A stretch of DNA of 63,845 nucleotides, counting the filler, from Alcyonidium flabelliforme (taxonomy: Eukaryota): assembly GCA_026167845.1 (NCBI GenBank). It is 56 parts of 56 records of this genome, joined end to end, with 100 filler letters (N's around TTAATTAATTAA, not from the genome) between each part and the next. Parts side by side here need not be neighbours in the genome. Positions count along the whole stretch, not along the records: positions 37,180 to 38,214 come from JAOQFJ010000297.1; positions 38,315 to 39,348 come from JAOQFJ010000298.1; positions 39,449 to 40,478 come from JAOQFJ010000299.1; positions 40,579 to 41,604 come from JAOQFJ010000300.1; positions 41,705 to 42,730 come from JAOQFJ010000301.1; positions 42,831 to 43,855 come from JAOQFJ010000302.1; positions 43,956 to 44,977 come from JAOQFJ010000304.1; positions 45,078 to 46,097 come from JAOQFJ010000305.1; 48 more parts are not named here. One strand, given 5' to 3'. Positions 37,180 through 48,579 of the stretch are shown piece after piece (positions within the stretch are counted from its first letter, which is position 1; each line of letters begins with the position of its first letter). Below the pieces are notes generated by a model. It was given only the letters and a program-made list of their open reading frames with translations, had not been told where the DNA came from and searched no databases. Made by a program: the position numbers and the translations under genes.

Positions 37180-38214
37180 TAAATACAATCCCTCACCACT
37201 CATAAATACCACCCCTCACCAGCCATGAATATGAACCCTTACCAGCTCTACAAATACCATCCCTCACCTCTCATAAATACCACCCCTCACTTGTCATATA
37301 TACCATCCCTCACTTGCCATGAATACATCACCTCATGGTCTGTGATTGCTCTCATAAATATCATCCATCATCTCTTAAATGCAATCCCTTACCTGTCATG
37401 AATACCACTCCTCACCTGTTATGAATATGTTATCTCTCATGAATACATCACCTCTCATGAATCAAATCCCATATCTGACCAACCCAAACTCTGGCCCCTC
37501 ATGAATATAATTGTTTATTGCTCTTCTGTATTGAATCTTGCTTCTCTTATAAACATGGTCCCTCACCTGTCATGATCATCTCTGATTGATCATACAAATA
37601 ACCCCTCATCTCAATTTGGTTTCCTTTGTGTCTATATAAATGAACCACTGCCTCTCACTAATAATCTCACCATCTCATATGAACCTCACCTGGCATGACT
37701 CATCTCTTTACTCTTGCTGACACGAACCCTCTCCTGTTCTGAATACAAGCTGCCACATCAATATGAACCCGTACCACTCACATGAATACAATCCTCAACC
37801 CTGATATATATACTGGTCTCTTGTGGATATGAACCATCCTCTTCAATACACTTGAATACAATTCCTTACCCGTCACAAACCCAAACCCTCACCTGTTGTG
37901 AATATAATTCCTTCCCACATATATATGAACTGATGCTTCTCACAAATACATCCCTCATCTGCCATGAATATAAACACTGACTCACCACCACAACCCTCAC
38001 CTGTTCAACAAATATGCTCCCTTACCCCTCATGAATCCAATCTTTTGTCACGAATGCATACCCTTATCTGTTGTAAATATGATCTCTCACCACTTCATGA
38101 ATGCATACCCTTACCTGTTGTGAATATGATCACTGGATGTTCTTATAAATACAACTGTATCTCTCACCAACTGGCATTCTTGCCCCTGTTACAAATATGG
38201 TCTCTTATTGCTCT
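37180..38214. repeat. Highly degenerate minisatellite with a unit of about 24 bp
   Basis: AATACCATCCCTCACCTGTCATG-like units recur across the whole contig, with strong C-over-G skew. Confidence 0.75.
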
Positions 38215-39477
38215 NNNNNNNNNNNNNNNNNNNNNNNNNNNNNNNNNNNNNNNNNNNNTTAATTAATTAANNNNNNNNNNNNNNNNNNNNNNNNNNNNNN
38301 NNNNNNNNNNNNNNCTAAAATTACCCCCAGCCGTGCTATGATCACAGTACATCAATGCCACAGTATGTCCGTTTTATACATATGCGGAATAGATCTTCCT
38401 CCTACTGTATTTTAATTGTTGTTTTTTTTAATTTTATTGTAGATGCCAAACAAACCATCGTTTTTTGACAAGGAATAACAGAAAAAATGTACAGACAACT
38501 TTGAGAGTCACAAAAAACAGCACCCTTATGACCATGTATATATGAGATGGAAACCTATTATACCGAGTCTGCAAAGGAGACTCTCCGTCAGTTTTTTACC
38601 TAAAAACACTCATTTTATGGCTTAGAAACAAACAATGTGCACAAGCTCTTTTGTACTAGAAAAGATTGGAGCGAAATATAAATAGAGATGCAAATGTAGT
38701 GAAACTATTACCCGATGATCATCTTCGGGCTGAGCAAGGTCGAATAATTCCTGAACATTTGCGTTATACTTATTGGATCATTTTGCTGATTGTATTTGTA
38801 TTTGTTGAACTTTTAGCAGTAACTAGTGAATATGTTTTGCTGCTTATTTCTGGTTCTGTTTAGCTATGCAGTTTAATAATAAAATTATACTATCCAGCTT
38901 GAATGATTTGGTTTTTTTTCATGTATAACGATGTATTCATTTTGAGGAGCAGTAAACAGTTCTCATTATTCAAAGAAAAAAATGGTGAAAGAAAGTTATT
39001 CCTTACATGCAAACAAAAACAATGAAACAGTTCTGAATTTAACGATTCTCTTTTCCAACTGCTACGTTATTTTATTTTTTTAATTCGGGGGAGATCATGA
39101 TAATTCTTAATTTAGCAACTGTCCGACATCCCTTTGGGTTTTCCCAAAAAGGGGAGCTAATTCTTAGTTATTTAACAGTTTTCCGGTGCAGACCTCCAGC
39201 TCGCCCTTTAACTATAAATTATTCGTAAAAACAATTTATAAAGGAATTTGCATCGTCATGTTATATTGTTCTATTAATAATTATACCTCCAGGTCGCCCA
39301 TATTTTATGAAATCATTCTAATCATATTACATATTGACCCATACTATCNNNNNNNNNNNNNNNNNNNNNNNNNNNNNNNNNNNNNNNNNNNNTTAATTAA
39401 TTAANNNNNNNNNNNNNNNNNNNNNNNNNNNNNNNNNNNNNNNNNNNNATGATAACAAATGTTACTCTTTTCAACAG

Positions 39478-40446
39478 CTGAACATGGACGTTCCGGTTAC
39501 CCGTGGATTTACCATTCTACAGTATGCCAAACTTAGGATGTTACAGTTCGATTATGACTTTATGGATAGGTGAGTTTTGGTTTTTTTCTTTATTGTAATT
39601 TTAAGGTAATGTTTAGATGTCTACCAACACACATCTTGTTTGTATTCCATTCAAAACCGTTTGTTTTGGGTTAATGTTTGGTCTTCTTTGTATTGTGAAT
39701 TTCTAACTAAACGAAATCAAAATTAAAGTTTAGTCCTATGGTATGTAACCCGGATAACCCAAATTATAAAAGCAAAAAAACAACTTACTCGTATCAATTC
39801 TGAGTTTAACCACTATACTTTTACGCACATTCTCGGTCGTTAAACTCTTATCACGTTAGACTCTTTATCTTGTAGGTTTGTGGATAGAAAATATTTTCAG
39901 TACGTCGAAATGGACACGGATAGTGCGTACATGGCTTTAACAGGATCTCTTGAAAGTGTATTTAAACCAGAAATGCGACAAACATTTTACACAGAATATG
40001 GACAATGGTTTCCAAAACCATACTGTGAAAAGCACACGTCTGACTTTATCCGTATTAAGATGAGTGGTGAAACGGAATGGAATCCAAACCACTGTTGTCA
40101 GATGGTATACAAGTATGATATGCGTACTCCTGGATTGTTTAAAGAAGAGTTTGAGGGAATCGGTATAATAGCTCTAAACTCAAAAACATACTTCTGCTGG
40201 AGTGAGGACCATACCCAGTCAAAGTATAGTAGTAAGGGACTAAGCAAAGGAACGAATCGTCTGACAAAAGAATGTTTTCAAAATGTGTTGAAAACCACTC
40301 AGTCCATGATTGGAGTAAACAGAGGTTTTGCAAAGAAAAACAATACGACCTATACTTACTCTCAAATGAAAACCGGTTTGACATACTTCTATGGCAAACG
40401 TTGTGTACGGGAAGATGGAGTATCAACATATAATATCTCACTGTAA
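39478..40446 (+). CDS. Polinton/adintovirus-like protein-primed family B DNA polymerase, C-terminal part, spliced
   Basis: Exon 39478-39569 (GFTILQYAKLRMLQFDYDFMD), intron 39570-39875 (GTGAGT...TTGTAG), exon 39876-40446 (RFVDRKYFQYVEMDTDSAY..RTPGLFKEE..ALNSKTY..SKG). Confidence 0.85.
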
Positions 40447-40578
40447 TGTAAACTCAAAACGTTGTGTAACTAACGCTGNNNNNNNNNNNNNNNNNNNNNN
40501 NNNNNNNNNNNNNNNNNNNNNNTTAATTAATTAANNNNNNNNNNNNNNNNNNNNNNNNNNNNNNNNNNNNNNNNNNNN

Positions 40579-40950
40579 GAAGCTTTTGTAGGTTTGCCAG
40601 ATCCAGATGGTGAAGATGCTCACACTGTGCCTAATAATGAGTACTCACAGTATAAATTGGTTATGAATGGATATATAGGTAAACGCCCAGTCAATCCAGA
40701 TTTACCTGCTCCCACAGTAACTGGGCGTGGTGACCGTAAAGGTGGTGTTGTAGTGTTGCCACATCCTAATGGTACAAGAAGAATGACAATTAGAGAACTT
40801 GCTACTATCCAAAGCTTTCCTACTGACTTTCTATTTGTAGGTGCAAAGACAGATTGTTATCGGCAAATCGCTAACGCTGTTCCTATAGGATTGTCCGAAG
40901 CAGTGGCAAGGTCTGTCTTAAAAGAGTTGACTGGAGTTAAAAATGATTAA
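40579..40950 (+). CDS. DNA (cytosine-5) methyltransferase, C-terminal part
   Basis: PAPTVTG target-recognition region, motif IX RRMTIRELATIQSFP and motif X YRQIANAVP. Confidence 0.92.
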   Translation, partial: EAFVGLPDPDGEDAHTVPNNEYSQYKLVMNGYIGKRPVNPDLPAPTVTGRGDRKGGVVVLPHPNGTRRMTIRELATIQSFPTDFLFVGAKTDCYRQIANAVPIGLSEAVARSVLKELTGVKND

Positions 40951-41604
40951 GCAACCTACTGTTGCATCACTATTTAGTGGGGCAGGCGGATTAGATTTAG
41001 GTTTTAAAAACGCAGGTTTTGAGCTTATATGGGCCAACGATTTTGATGCTGATGCTGTTGAAACTTACAAGGCTAATATTGGAGACGAGTGTGTATTAGG
41101 GGATATATCTGAAATAAAATCTGAGGATATTCCTAAAGCTGACGTGATGCTGGGTGGCTTTCCATGTCAAGGATTCAGCATGGCAAATGCTAAGCGAAAT
41201 GTCTTAGATGAAAGAAACTCGTTGTACTTAGAGTATGTGAGAGTACTTAAAGACAAAAAGCCCAAGATTTTTATTGCAGAGAATGTGAAAGGCATTTTAT
41301 CGCTTGGTAAAGGGTCTGTCATACAAGGTATTATCAATGACTTTTCAGAAGTAGGTTATAAGGTTCAATACAAACTTTTGAACGCAGCTGACTACGGTGT
41401 GCCGCAAGCAAGAAGACGTGTATTTATTGTAGGAATAAGGAACGATATTGATATAGATTTTGAGTATCCCGAACCAACACATGCAAAAGATGGTAAGAAT
41501 GGCTTATTACCTTGGGTTAGCGTAAAAGAAGCTTTTGTAGGTTTGCCAGATCCAGATGGTGAAGATGCTCACACTGTGCCTAATAATGAGTACTCACAGT
41601 ATAA
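40943..41604 (+). CDS. DNA (cytosine-5) methyltransferase, N-terminal part (second tandem copy)
   Basis: Motifs I SLFSGAGG, IV GGFPCQGFS, VI ENV and VIII QARRRVF; GGAG RBS; 8-nt overlap with the upstream MTase. Confidence 0.95.
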
Positions 41605-42830
41605 NNNNNNNNNNNNNNNNNNNNNNNNNNNNNNNNNNNNNNNNNNNNTTAATTAATTAANNNNNNNNNNNNNNNNNNNNNNNNNNNNNNNNNNNNNNNN
41701 NNNNCCGCACAAGGATGTTTCACGGGCGGCGATAGGCTGCTCCTATATACAATGGCATGAAGATCAGCATTGGTGTTCGTGTTGTGAGCCGCAAAATATT
41801 GCACAGTTAACTGGATACAGTGCAGCAGAAGGCGCGATAAATCACTTACCTCAACGGGAAGAATTCACGTTTCAAGCTTCTATGCGGTGAAGCTCGCAAT
41901 CGAATGTTCACACTCTGTTATTGGCCCGCTCCTTTGAGTTGTATGCTTTACCTAGGGTATGGTGTGTGGTATGAAGTGATGGGACAAGGTCTGGTGTATA
42001 GGCTATGGCTTTGTACAGCAGTAACGGGCTGCCGTATCCTCGGGGCCACTCTGGTGCGATGTCAATGGTTCACTGTCATGCATTAGCTTGTGGATCGGTA
42101 TGTTGGTCTATGACTTACATGTTCAGTTGGCAAAGACTAGGAATGAAGAGACGACAAAGAGCTGCGGTCCTTGCGCTCGTTTATTGTGGTCGATTGTCCT
42201 CGGTTCTAGATCTCCTCGACTTCAGGATTAGTAGAATTTTAGAAAGGTCAGGCTACGACTCACATACCTGCGACGTGGATATTCGCGCTTTTGCCTTGGG
42301 AATACACGCAGGGCTGTACAGTAGATCAGCTCAGTATCCTGCTGCGAGAGATCTTCGCATAGACACTTGGGCCGCCAGCCTAAGTCTTGTCTCTTTGATT
42401 GGCTGGCTCGCCATTTGAAAAGCATAGTAGCTATTTTCTCATGCCTATGCAGGATTATCGACCATTCGCCAGTTTCAGACTTTCCATCGCAGCTAGCCAA
42501 CAATGTGGATTATCGCCTGAAATGTTGCGAGGGAAGTCGCGCATTACGGGCCTTGCTTTCGAGCTTACAACCCTTTAAAACCTGTATCCGAAACCATAGG
42601 CTCAACTTTCTACTATGGGTGCAAGAGAGTTGAATACGATATGGGAAAATATAAAAATATGGAAATATAGCTAATAAATGCCCCGTACAACAAGATTCAC
42701 CTATTGAGTGGGGGTAATAGATAGTAATAANNNNNNNNNNNNNNNNNNNNNNNNNNNNNNNNNNNNNNNNNNNNTTAATTAATTAANNNNNNNNNNNNNN
42801 NNNNNNNNNNNNNNNNNNNNNNNNNNNNNN

Positions 42831-42889
42831 CTCGATGCACACCCACCCAAGGCCGCTACTGACAGCAAAATTAAAGCTATACGCTTCAT
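42831..42889 (-). CDS. Lipoprotein N-terminus, truncated
   Basis: MKRIALILLSVAALGGC signal peptide with lipobox; ATGA-coupled to the upstream gene. Confidence 0.55.
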
Positions 42890-43731
42890 AGCATCACCTC
42901 TTTTCTATTGCCCTCAAAATGCTCGAATAGAGCCTTATGCTCAGAAATTTCAACTAAGCGCCAACGGCCAACAATGCCACCCACACGAAGAAAACTTGTT
43001 TGGTCAGGTGCAACCTTTTGAGCAACTGTTAAAAAAACGTCATCACCCCATACGTTTTTGCTATAAACAACGATAGGAAATTCTTGAGACGCTTCTTTCA
43101 CATCAACACCGATTTCTTTTAGCTGATTAGAAATACCACCTAACCACCGCTGATTTTCCTTAACGTTATTCGTTAACGTTTCGTCATTTGCCTCACGCCT
43201 AGCCACTTCCATTTCAAACTGCTTTAGCAAGGCATTTTGATTTTGCATCACCTTAATTAACGAATCCTGCTGCTTATTCAACTGACCAGCAATCGCGCCA
43301 ACCTCTTCAGCAAGCATAACCAGAGAGTCATTAATACCCTTTAACTGCCCAGGGGGGATATCAGCCTGAACGTCCTGTGTTTGCGTATCAGTGTTATTAG
43401 CGTCATTACCGGTCATCATTGAACTACCGGCTACTAATGCAGGATCGTTAACTAAAAAGTCACTTCCTGAAGGGCTATCCATAACGTCATTTGAAACAAC
43501 CGGCATTGGCGGCTCTTCTACAACCAGTGGTTCTTTTTCAAAAATACCTAAGTGGTTAATAGCGTATTGAATCCCAAAACCCGCAACCCCTAACAGGGCT
43601 ACTAAACCAACCACAAAGACAATAGGAGGCTTTTTATTGCCACCTTTGGGCTTATCTTTGCTCACACTTCCTTCGAGCTCCGGCAAACCGTCTGCAACGG
43701 TTTCTTCTTGTTCAATAGTTTTTTCAGTCAT
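42886..43731 (-). CDS. Membrane-anchored coiled-coil conjugation protein (PFGI-1-like ICE protein downstream of pilL, or DotF/TraP-like)
   Basis: N-terminal transmembrane helix, Pro-rich linker, coiled coil, and a C-terminal beta domain FLRVGGIVGRWRLVEISEHKALF. Confidence 0.55.
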   Translation of the reverse strand: MTEKTIEQEETVADGLPELEGSVSKDKPKGGNKKPPIVFVVGLVALLGVAGFGIQYAINHLGIFEKEPLVVEEPPMPVVSNDVMDSPSGSDFLVNDPALVAGSSMMTGNDANNTDTQTQDVQADIPPGQLKGINDSLVMLAEEVGAIAGQLNKQQDSLIKVMQNQNALLKQFEMEVARREANDETLTNNVKENQRWLGGISNQLKEIGVDVKEASQEFPIVVYSKNVWGDDVFLTVAQKVAPDQTSFLRVGGIVGRWRLVEISEHKALFEHFEGNRKEVML

Positions 43732-43855
43732 GGTTCACCAAACCTTTGTATTCATCTTTTAAATCAAATGTGTAAATGCGACGAAGTGGGTCTTCAACAG
43801 GTACGTAATACTGCCCCACCAATACTTGCAGAACAGTTCTCAGAGGCATTAGAGA
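43724..43855 (-). CDS. PilL-like ICE protein C-terminus
   Basis: MPLRTVLQVLVGQYYVPVEDPLRRIYTF resembles the PilL-family C-terminal motif; overlaps the next start codon. Confidence 0.5.
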   Translation of the reverse strand, partial: SLMPLRTVLQVLVGQYYVPVEDPLRRIYTFDLKDEYKGLVNHD

Positions 43856-43955
43856 NNNNNNNNNNNNNNNNNNNNNNNNNNNNNNNNNNNNNNNNNNNNT
43901 TAATTAATTAANNNNNNNNNNNNNNNNNNNNNNNNNNNNNNNNNNNNNNNNNNNN

Positions 43956-44435
43956 GTTCACACTTCTACGGGTGTGACTCCCACCAAAGTGAACTCTTCA
44001 AACATTGACGATGTGTGCTATCGACTATATGAGAATCCCTCAAAGGGACAAAATCATAAACCAAAACTCTCACCCGGAGATTATGTACGCATTAGCAAAG
44101 CCAGAGCAACCTTTGAGCGAGGATATACTCCCAATTGGTCAAGAGAAGTATTTCAGATCTCATCAGTGATTGGTAACTCTCGTCCCGTTGTATACACTAT
44201 TAAAGACTGTGCTGGAGAAGAAGTTCCTGGTACTTTCTATGAGAAGGAACTTCAAAAGATTAAAGAACCAGACTCTTACGTAATTGAAAGTGTCATTCGC
44301 TCTAGGAAGCGAAAGGGAATTAAAGAACTCTTGGTTAAGTGGAAGGGATATCCGGACTCATTCAATAGTTGGGTTAAGGAAAGTGACTGTGTGATGATTT
44401 TTTTTGTGCTCAACTCCTATCTACTTTATGAATAA
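43956..44435 (+). mobile_element. Polinton/Maverick retroviral-like integrase C-terminus plus chromodomain
   Basis: HTSTG.TP..GDYVRISK..FERGYTPNWSREVF..GTFYEKELQK..YVIE..LVKWKGYPDSFNSWV. Confidence 0.9.
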
Positions 44436-44514
44436 ATATACACATATACATATACTAAATCTCATTCCTGTTTACTCCATTTATTTTCAAAAGCGTGGTG
44501 TTGACGGATATAAC

Positions 44515-44977
44515 ATGTCATCCTACGGTAAATCTCTTTACGTTACTTTACCATACAATGCCAGTTACGAAGAGTTTCCAGATAATACAAACACTAAGTT
44601 TCGAGTACGTCTCGATCATCCATTAGTACTTGAGAGTAACAAGTGGGAAGTGGGGTTGGTTGAGATTCAACACCCCACAACATGGGATAATGTTACTGAA
44701 GGTGTTGTGAGAATCAGTAAGTTGGCAAATCCTCCTTCGCAGAAGCAGAATCTAGTATTATAGAAGAGACAAGGTATGCCATGGCGGAGACTTCAAGTGA
44801 ACTATTTACTATTCGCAAAGGTCGATATAAAAACATTGGAGACTTGATCAGGGAGATCAATAGAACTATATCAAAATATGAAATCGAGGTTGTTTTCCAC
44901 CTCAATAATATTACGAATAGCTCTCGTCTGACAATTACCTCTCAAAACACACTTGTTGTACTTTCCGAAGATCTACA
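44515..44977 (+). pseudogene. Polinton minor capsid (penton)-like protein, frameshifted
   Basis: YVTLPYNAS..FPDNT..FRVRL..L...WEVGLVEI.HP.TW.N. The reading continues in another frame (..IRKGRYKNIGDLIREIN) after about 44730. Confidence 0.7.
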
Positions 44978-47900
44978 NNNNNNNNNNNNNNNNNNNNNNN
45001 NNNNNNNNNNNNNNNNNNNNNTTAATTAATTAANNNNNNNNNNNNNNNNNNNNNNNNNNNNNNNNNNNNNNNNNNNNCTAAATGTCCAAAGTATGAAAAC
45101 CTCAAAACCATTATTCCAAATATTTTTCACGTAGATGGAAAAGATGCCTTTTCTTTACCCTTTACAAACACTAATTTATTGACCATTTCCGAAGTAGCTT
45201 GTTCCTCGGTAAAGGATTTTCCATCCGCGCTGAATTTTATTATTGAAAGCAGCAGCAGCATAAGTCTAAGTTATATATACTGTTTAACTGTACAAAGTAA
45301 TATTCATGTACTAGTATACATTATATTAGTTGCATTTAATAGTCTGCTTGTTATATTTGTTAGTTTGTAAAATAGATTGACAATGTAGATTTTGTTTAGT
45401 TCGTAATTTAATTTTGTAGTGACCATACAGATGTAAGATTTTCTGTTCGCCAATAAATACGTAAATAAAAATGTAATATATTATTATATATAGACGATCG
45501 TTAATTAAGCAGTTTTCAACATGCCATGAACGGGACACCAGGCCAAGGGGACTGTTTTGGTTTAGTCCTAATAATAGGCCCAATATCTGACGTATTGGTC
45601 CTAACACTTTGCTAGTCAAAATCTTTTTAACACACTGTCTGGGCCATGACCCTATGGCACCGCCACAGACAAGCCATAGTAGGCCGTAGTCCTGGTTCAT
45701 GATGTTCTGCACTAGCTCTTGATAATCTGACTTGTGAGCTGTGCGAACAGTCATGGAAATTTACATAGCCAATTACAGTGAAAGCTAGTGCTCAAACTTG
45801 GAAATCTATGTAATTCCTACCTAATGAGTTCATATATTAGCATCCAGATATACTCTCTGATTATCCAACTTCAATTCCCACTACTTCTATGGCTATTTGC
45901 AACTCCTGCACTGGTACCCAGAGGGATGGGGTACTTGCCAAAAAACTGGGTTGGTGTGAGGCCCAAGGTAAAACAAGCTTAAGTACTGCATGGTAAAAAC
46001 TGAATTCAGGAGTTTCAAATGGTGAAGGGAGTAGTTGAACCAGGACTAAGGTAACTAAAGGTCACCAAAAATATACCCTGTCGTAAATAACTCTCCCNNN
46101 NNNNNNNNNNNNNNNNNNNNNNNNNNNNNNNNNNNNNNNNNTTAATTAATTAANNNNNNNNNNNNNNNNNNNNNNNNNNNNNNNNNNNNNNNNNNNNTTC
46201 TCTTGGTCGCAGTCGTTGGAAAGTAAGTACCCCTGTCAAGTGGGAAGCAGAACTTTGCCTATCTGGTCTGTAGAACGTTCTAGAAGCTATGTATCTTCTC
46301 CTGCACCAAGCTTTCCCCTGATGATTATACTATACTCTCTTCGAGCCAGACAATTCCTCTCCATATGCTCAATTCTATCGCCAGTCTGGTAACTCTAGCA
46401 GATGGCTTGTAGAAATAATGCCAGTGGATCACATGAGCTTACGTAAATTATCTCCGGTTTTTGAACTCAACACGGAAAACCGATTGGCTCCCGGGAGTGG
46501 GTTCTGTGGGCCAGCCCACCTGCGGTACCTAACCTGTATTCCAAGCACCCTGCCCATCTCGAGAATGACACTGAATGCAGTATCTTCTAATAAAATATTG
46601 TCCTTTCCCAATATCCTATATATGAGCAGCATGAGAATTTGTTGGTCCTGCTCTGGATCTCTTTTTTTTTGGGCTAGCAATCTACAAAGCAAGTGTAGCA
46701 GAGGCTGTTTAGATAAGCTTTCCATGAGGATCATTCGTGACAGCCGCATCCTCCCGCATCCTCTCACCGAGGGAGCATTTCCATGGCTTATCGAACTTTA
46801 TTTTCCGGGGTTCGGCGATCGATCGACGATCCCGGCCATGATCTACGATCTCTGGGGAACTAACTTTTGTCAAACTATAACCTTGGTACTCCCTCGCTAT
46901 TGTCGTAATTCCAAGGAATGATGCTTGTTTATAAAACGGTAATACGTGAATTCATACGTACAATAATATCGATATTCCGCCCCGCTTACAGTAAGTGGGC
47001 TGTTACGATAACCCCCAGTAGTTCCTCCAGCTCTGTTTATCTACGCGCGAAGCACGTACATTATTGTCAAAGCCTCAAAAAGACCGAAGAGTAGCTTAAA
47101 CAGTAGGTAGGACGGACGATTTGCTCTTGTATATCAAGCGTGACGTTAATCCTATTTACTTTTTCTTTTTTCGATAGACCCAAGGCAAAATTTCCCAACC
47201 GATTGGTTGAATAGGNNNNNNNNNNNNNNNNNNNNNNNNNNNNNNNNNNNNNNNNNNNNTTAATTAATTAANNNNNNNNNNNNNNNNNNNNNNNNNNNNN
47301 NNNNNNNNNNNNNNNCATAGTATCGATAGCCGCCCATTAAAGCCTGCTTATTTAGCAGGCAAAAGTTTATTAAAAACCAATATATAGTACTGCAAATAAA
47401 GCTCTTTGAAACGTACTTTTGCTATTCAATCTTGTTTTTTTTTAAAGATAAACTTATTTAACAAGTAGTACTTAATATTGGCATTAGTACATGATCGCAC
47501 CGTTTCTACACCAAATCCATATGTGATAGCTATGTTTTAGACACAAAAACATGAGTTTGTAAGTCTTTATATTTTTGTTACATATGACAATGTTCGTTCG
47601 TTAAAAAAACAACCGACTTTTGCATGACCGCATATGATATATACCTTACCATATCAGAAAAGTTTTGATACCGCCCCTCAGCATAAGCGGCTGTTACATT
47701 AGTTCATGCACATCCAAACAACCGAACACCAGGTGGCGCAGTGTCGCCATGATTTCGGGCGGACGTTCAACATGAGGTATTGAAAAAACATTTTTCAACA
47801 AAAAACCAATAATTAGAAAATTATATTTTTCACCAATTAAAAATGGTTGGTCTGTTGTTTTCACTTCAGAATTACAAAAGTAAACTAGAGATGTTTTTTT

Positions 47901-48433
47901 TCGGCAATATAGGATCAAACACCTGCGACATAAAATAGTGAAACAGACTTTAGGAATTGGTTTTAGATTTTTCCGGTTGGTTTTGCTATAGAAATCATAT
48001 TATTCCTGTGGAAAACACCAGTAAAATGGGGAAATGTAGTCGGTAGACCTACAACAATTTTCAATATACAAAATTTTCTGTGCATGAAAAAGTACATTAT
48101 GAGTGTATTAAAAAATAACCTTTGAAAAAGAATTTATTTTGAGAATATCAGAAAACGATAATAGCTCATTTTGCCATGGGTAGCCAGAAAAGGTTATGTC
48201 TTCAACGTGAGTACACTTGAATATATAGAGTGCATCTAGGTTCATTGCTGTAAATCTAAACAGCTCACTTAAAAAGTATGCTTTTGGTGTTATGGTTGCA
48301 TGGCAGATTTAATTCGAAAAGAAGACACGAGTTNNNNNNNNNNNNNNNNNNNNNNNNNNNNNNNNNNNNNNNNNNNNTTAATTAATTAANNNNNNNNNNN
48401 NNNNNNNNNNNNNNNNNNNNNNNNNNNNNNNNN

Positions 48434-48556
48434 ATTTTTACTTGGGGGAAAGCCAGCCTTACTCAGCATTCCAAGAGTCGAATGGCCTATATCGCCGCCT
48501 TGAGGTCAGCCGACGCCGGTCACTATGGAAATCTATTAAAGTTTGCCAAATCGTAA
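48434..48556 (+). CDS. Fic-family 'mobile mystery protein B'-like C-terminus
   Basis: IFTWGKASL...RMAYIAALRSADAGHYGNLLKFAKS*. Confidence 0.7.
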   Translation: MFTWGKASLTQHSKSRMAYIAALRSADAGHYGNLLKFAKS

Positions 48557-48579
48557 CGGCTCTCCTGCCATTGTGTAGG

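Noticed and set aside
39449..41604. PolB next to methyltransferases as one viral module
   Set aside because: Separate contigs: one is a spliced eukaryotic gene and the other is bacterial.
46418..46921. 167-aa ORF and its antisense ORF
   Set aside because: No recognisable domain, and the composition looks noncoding or decayed.
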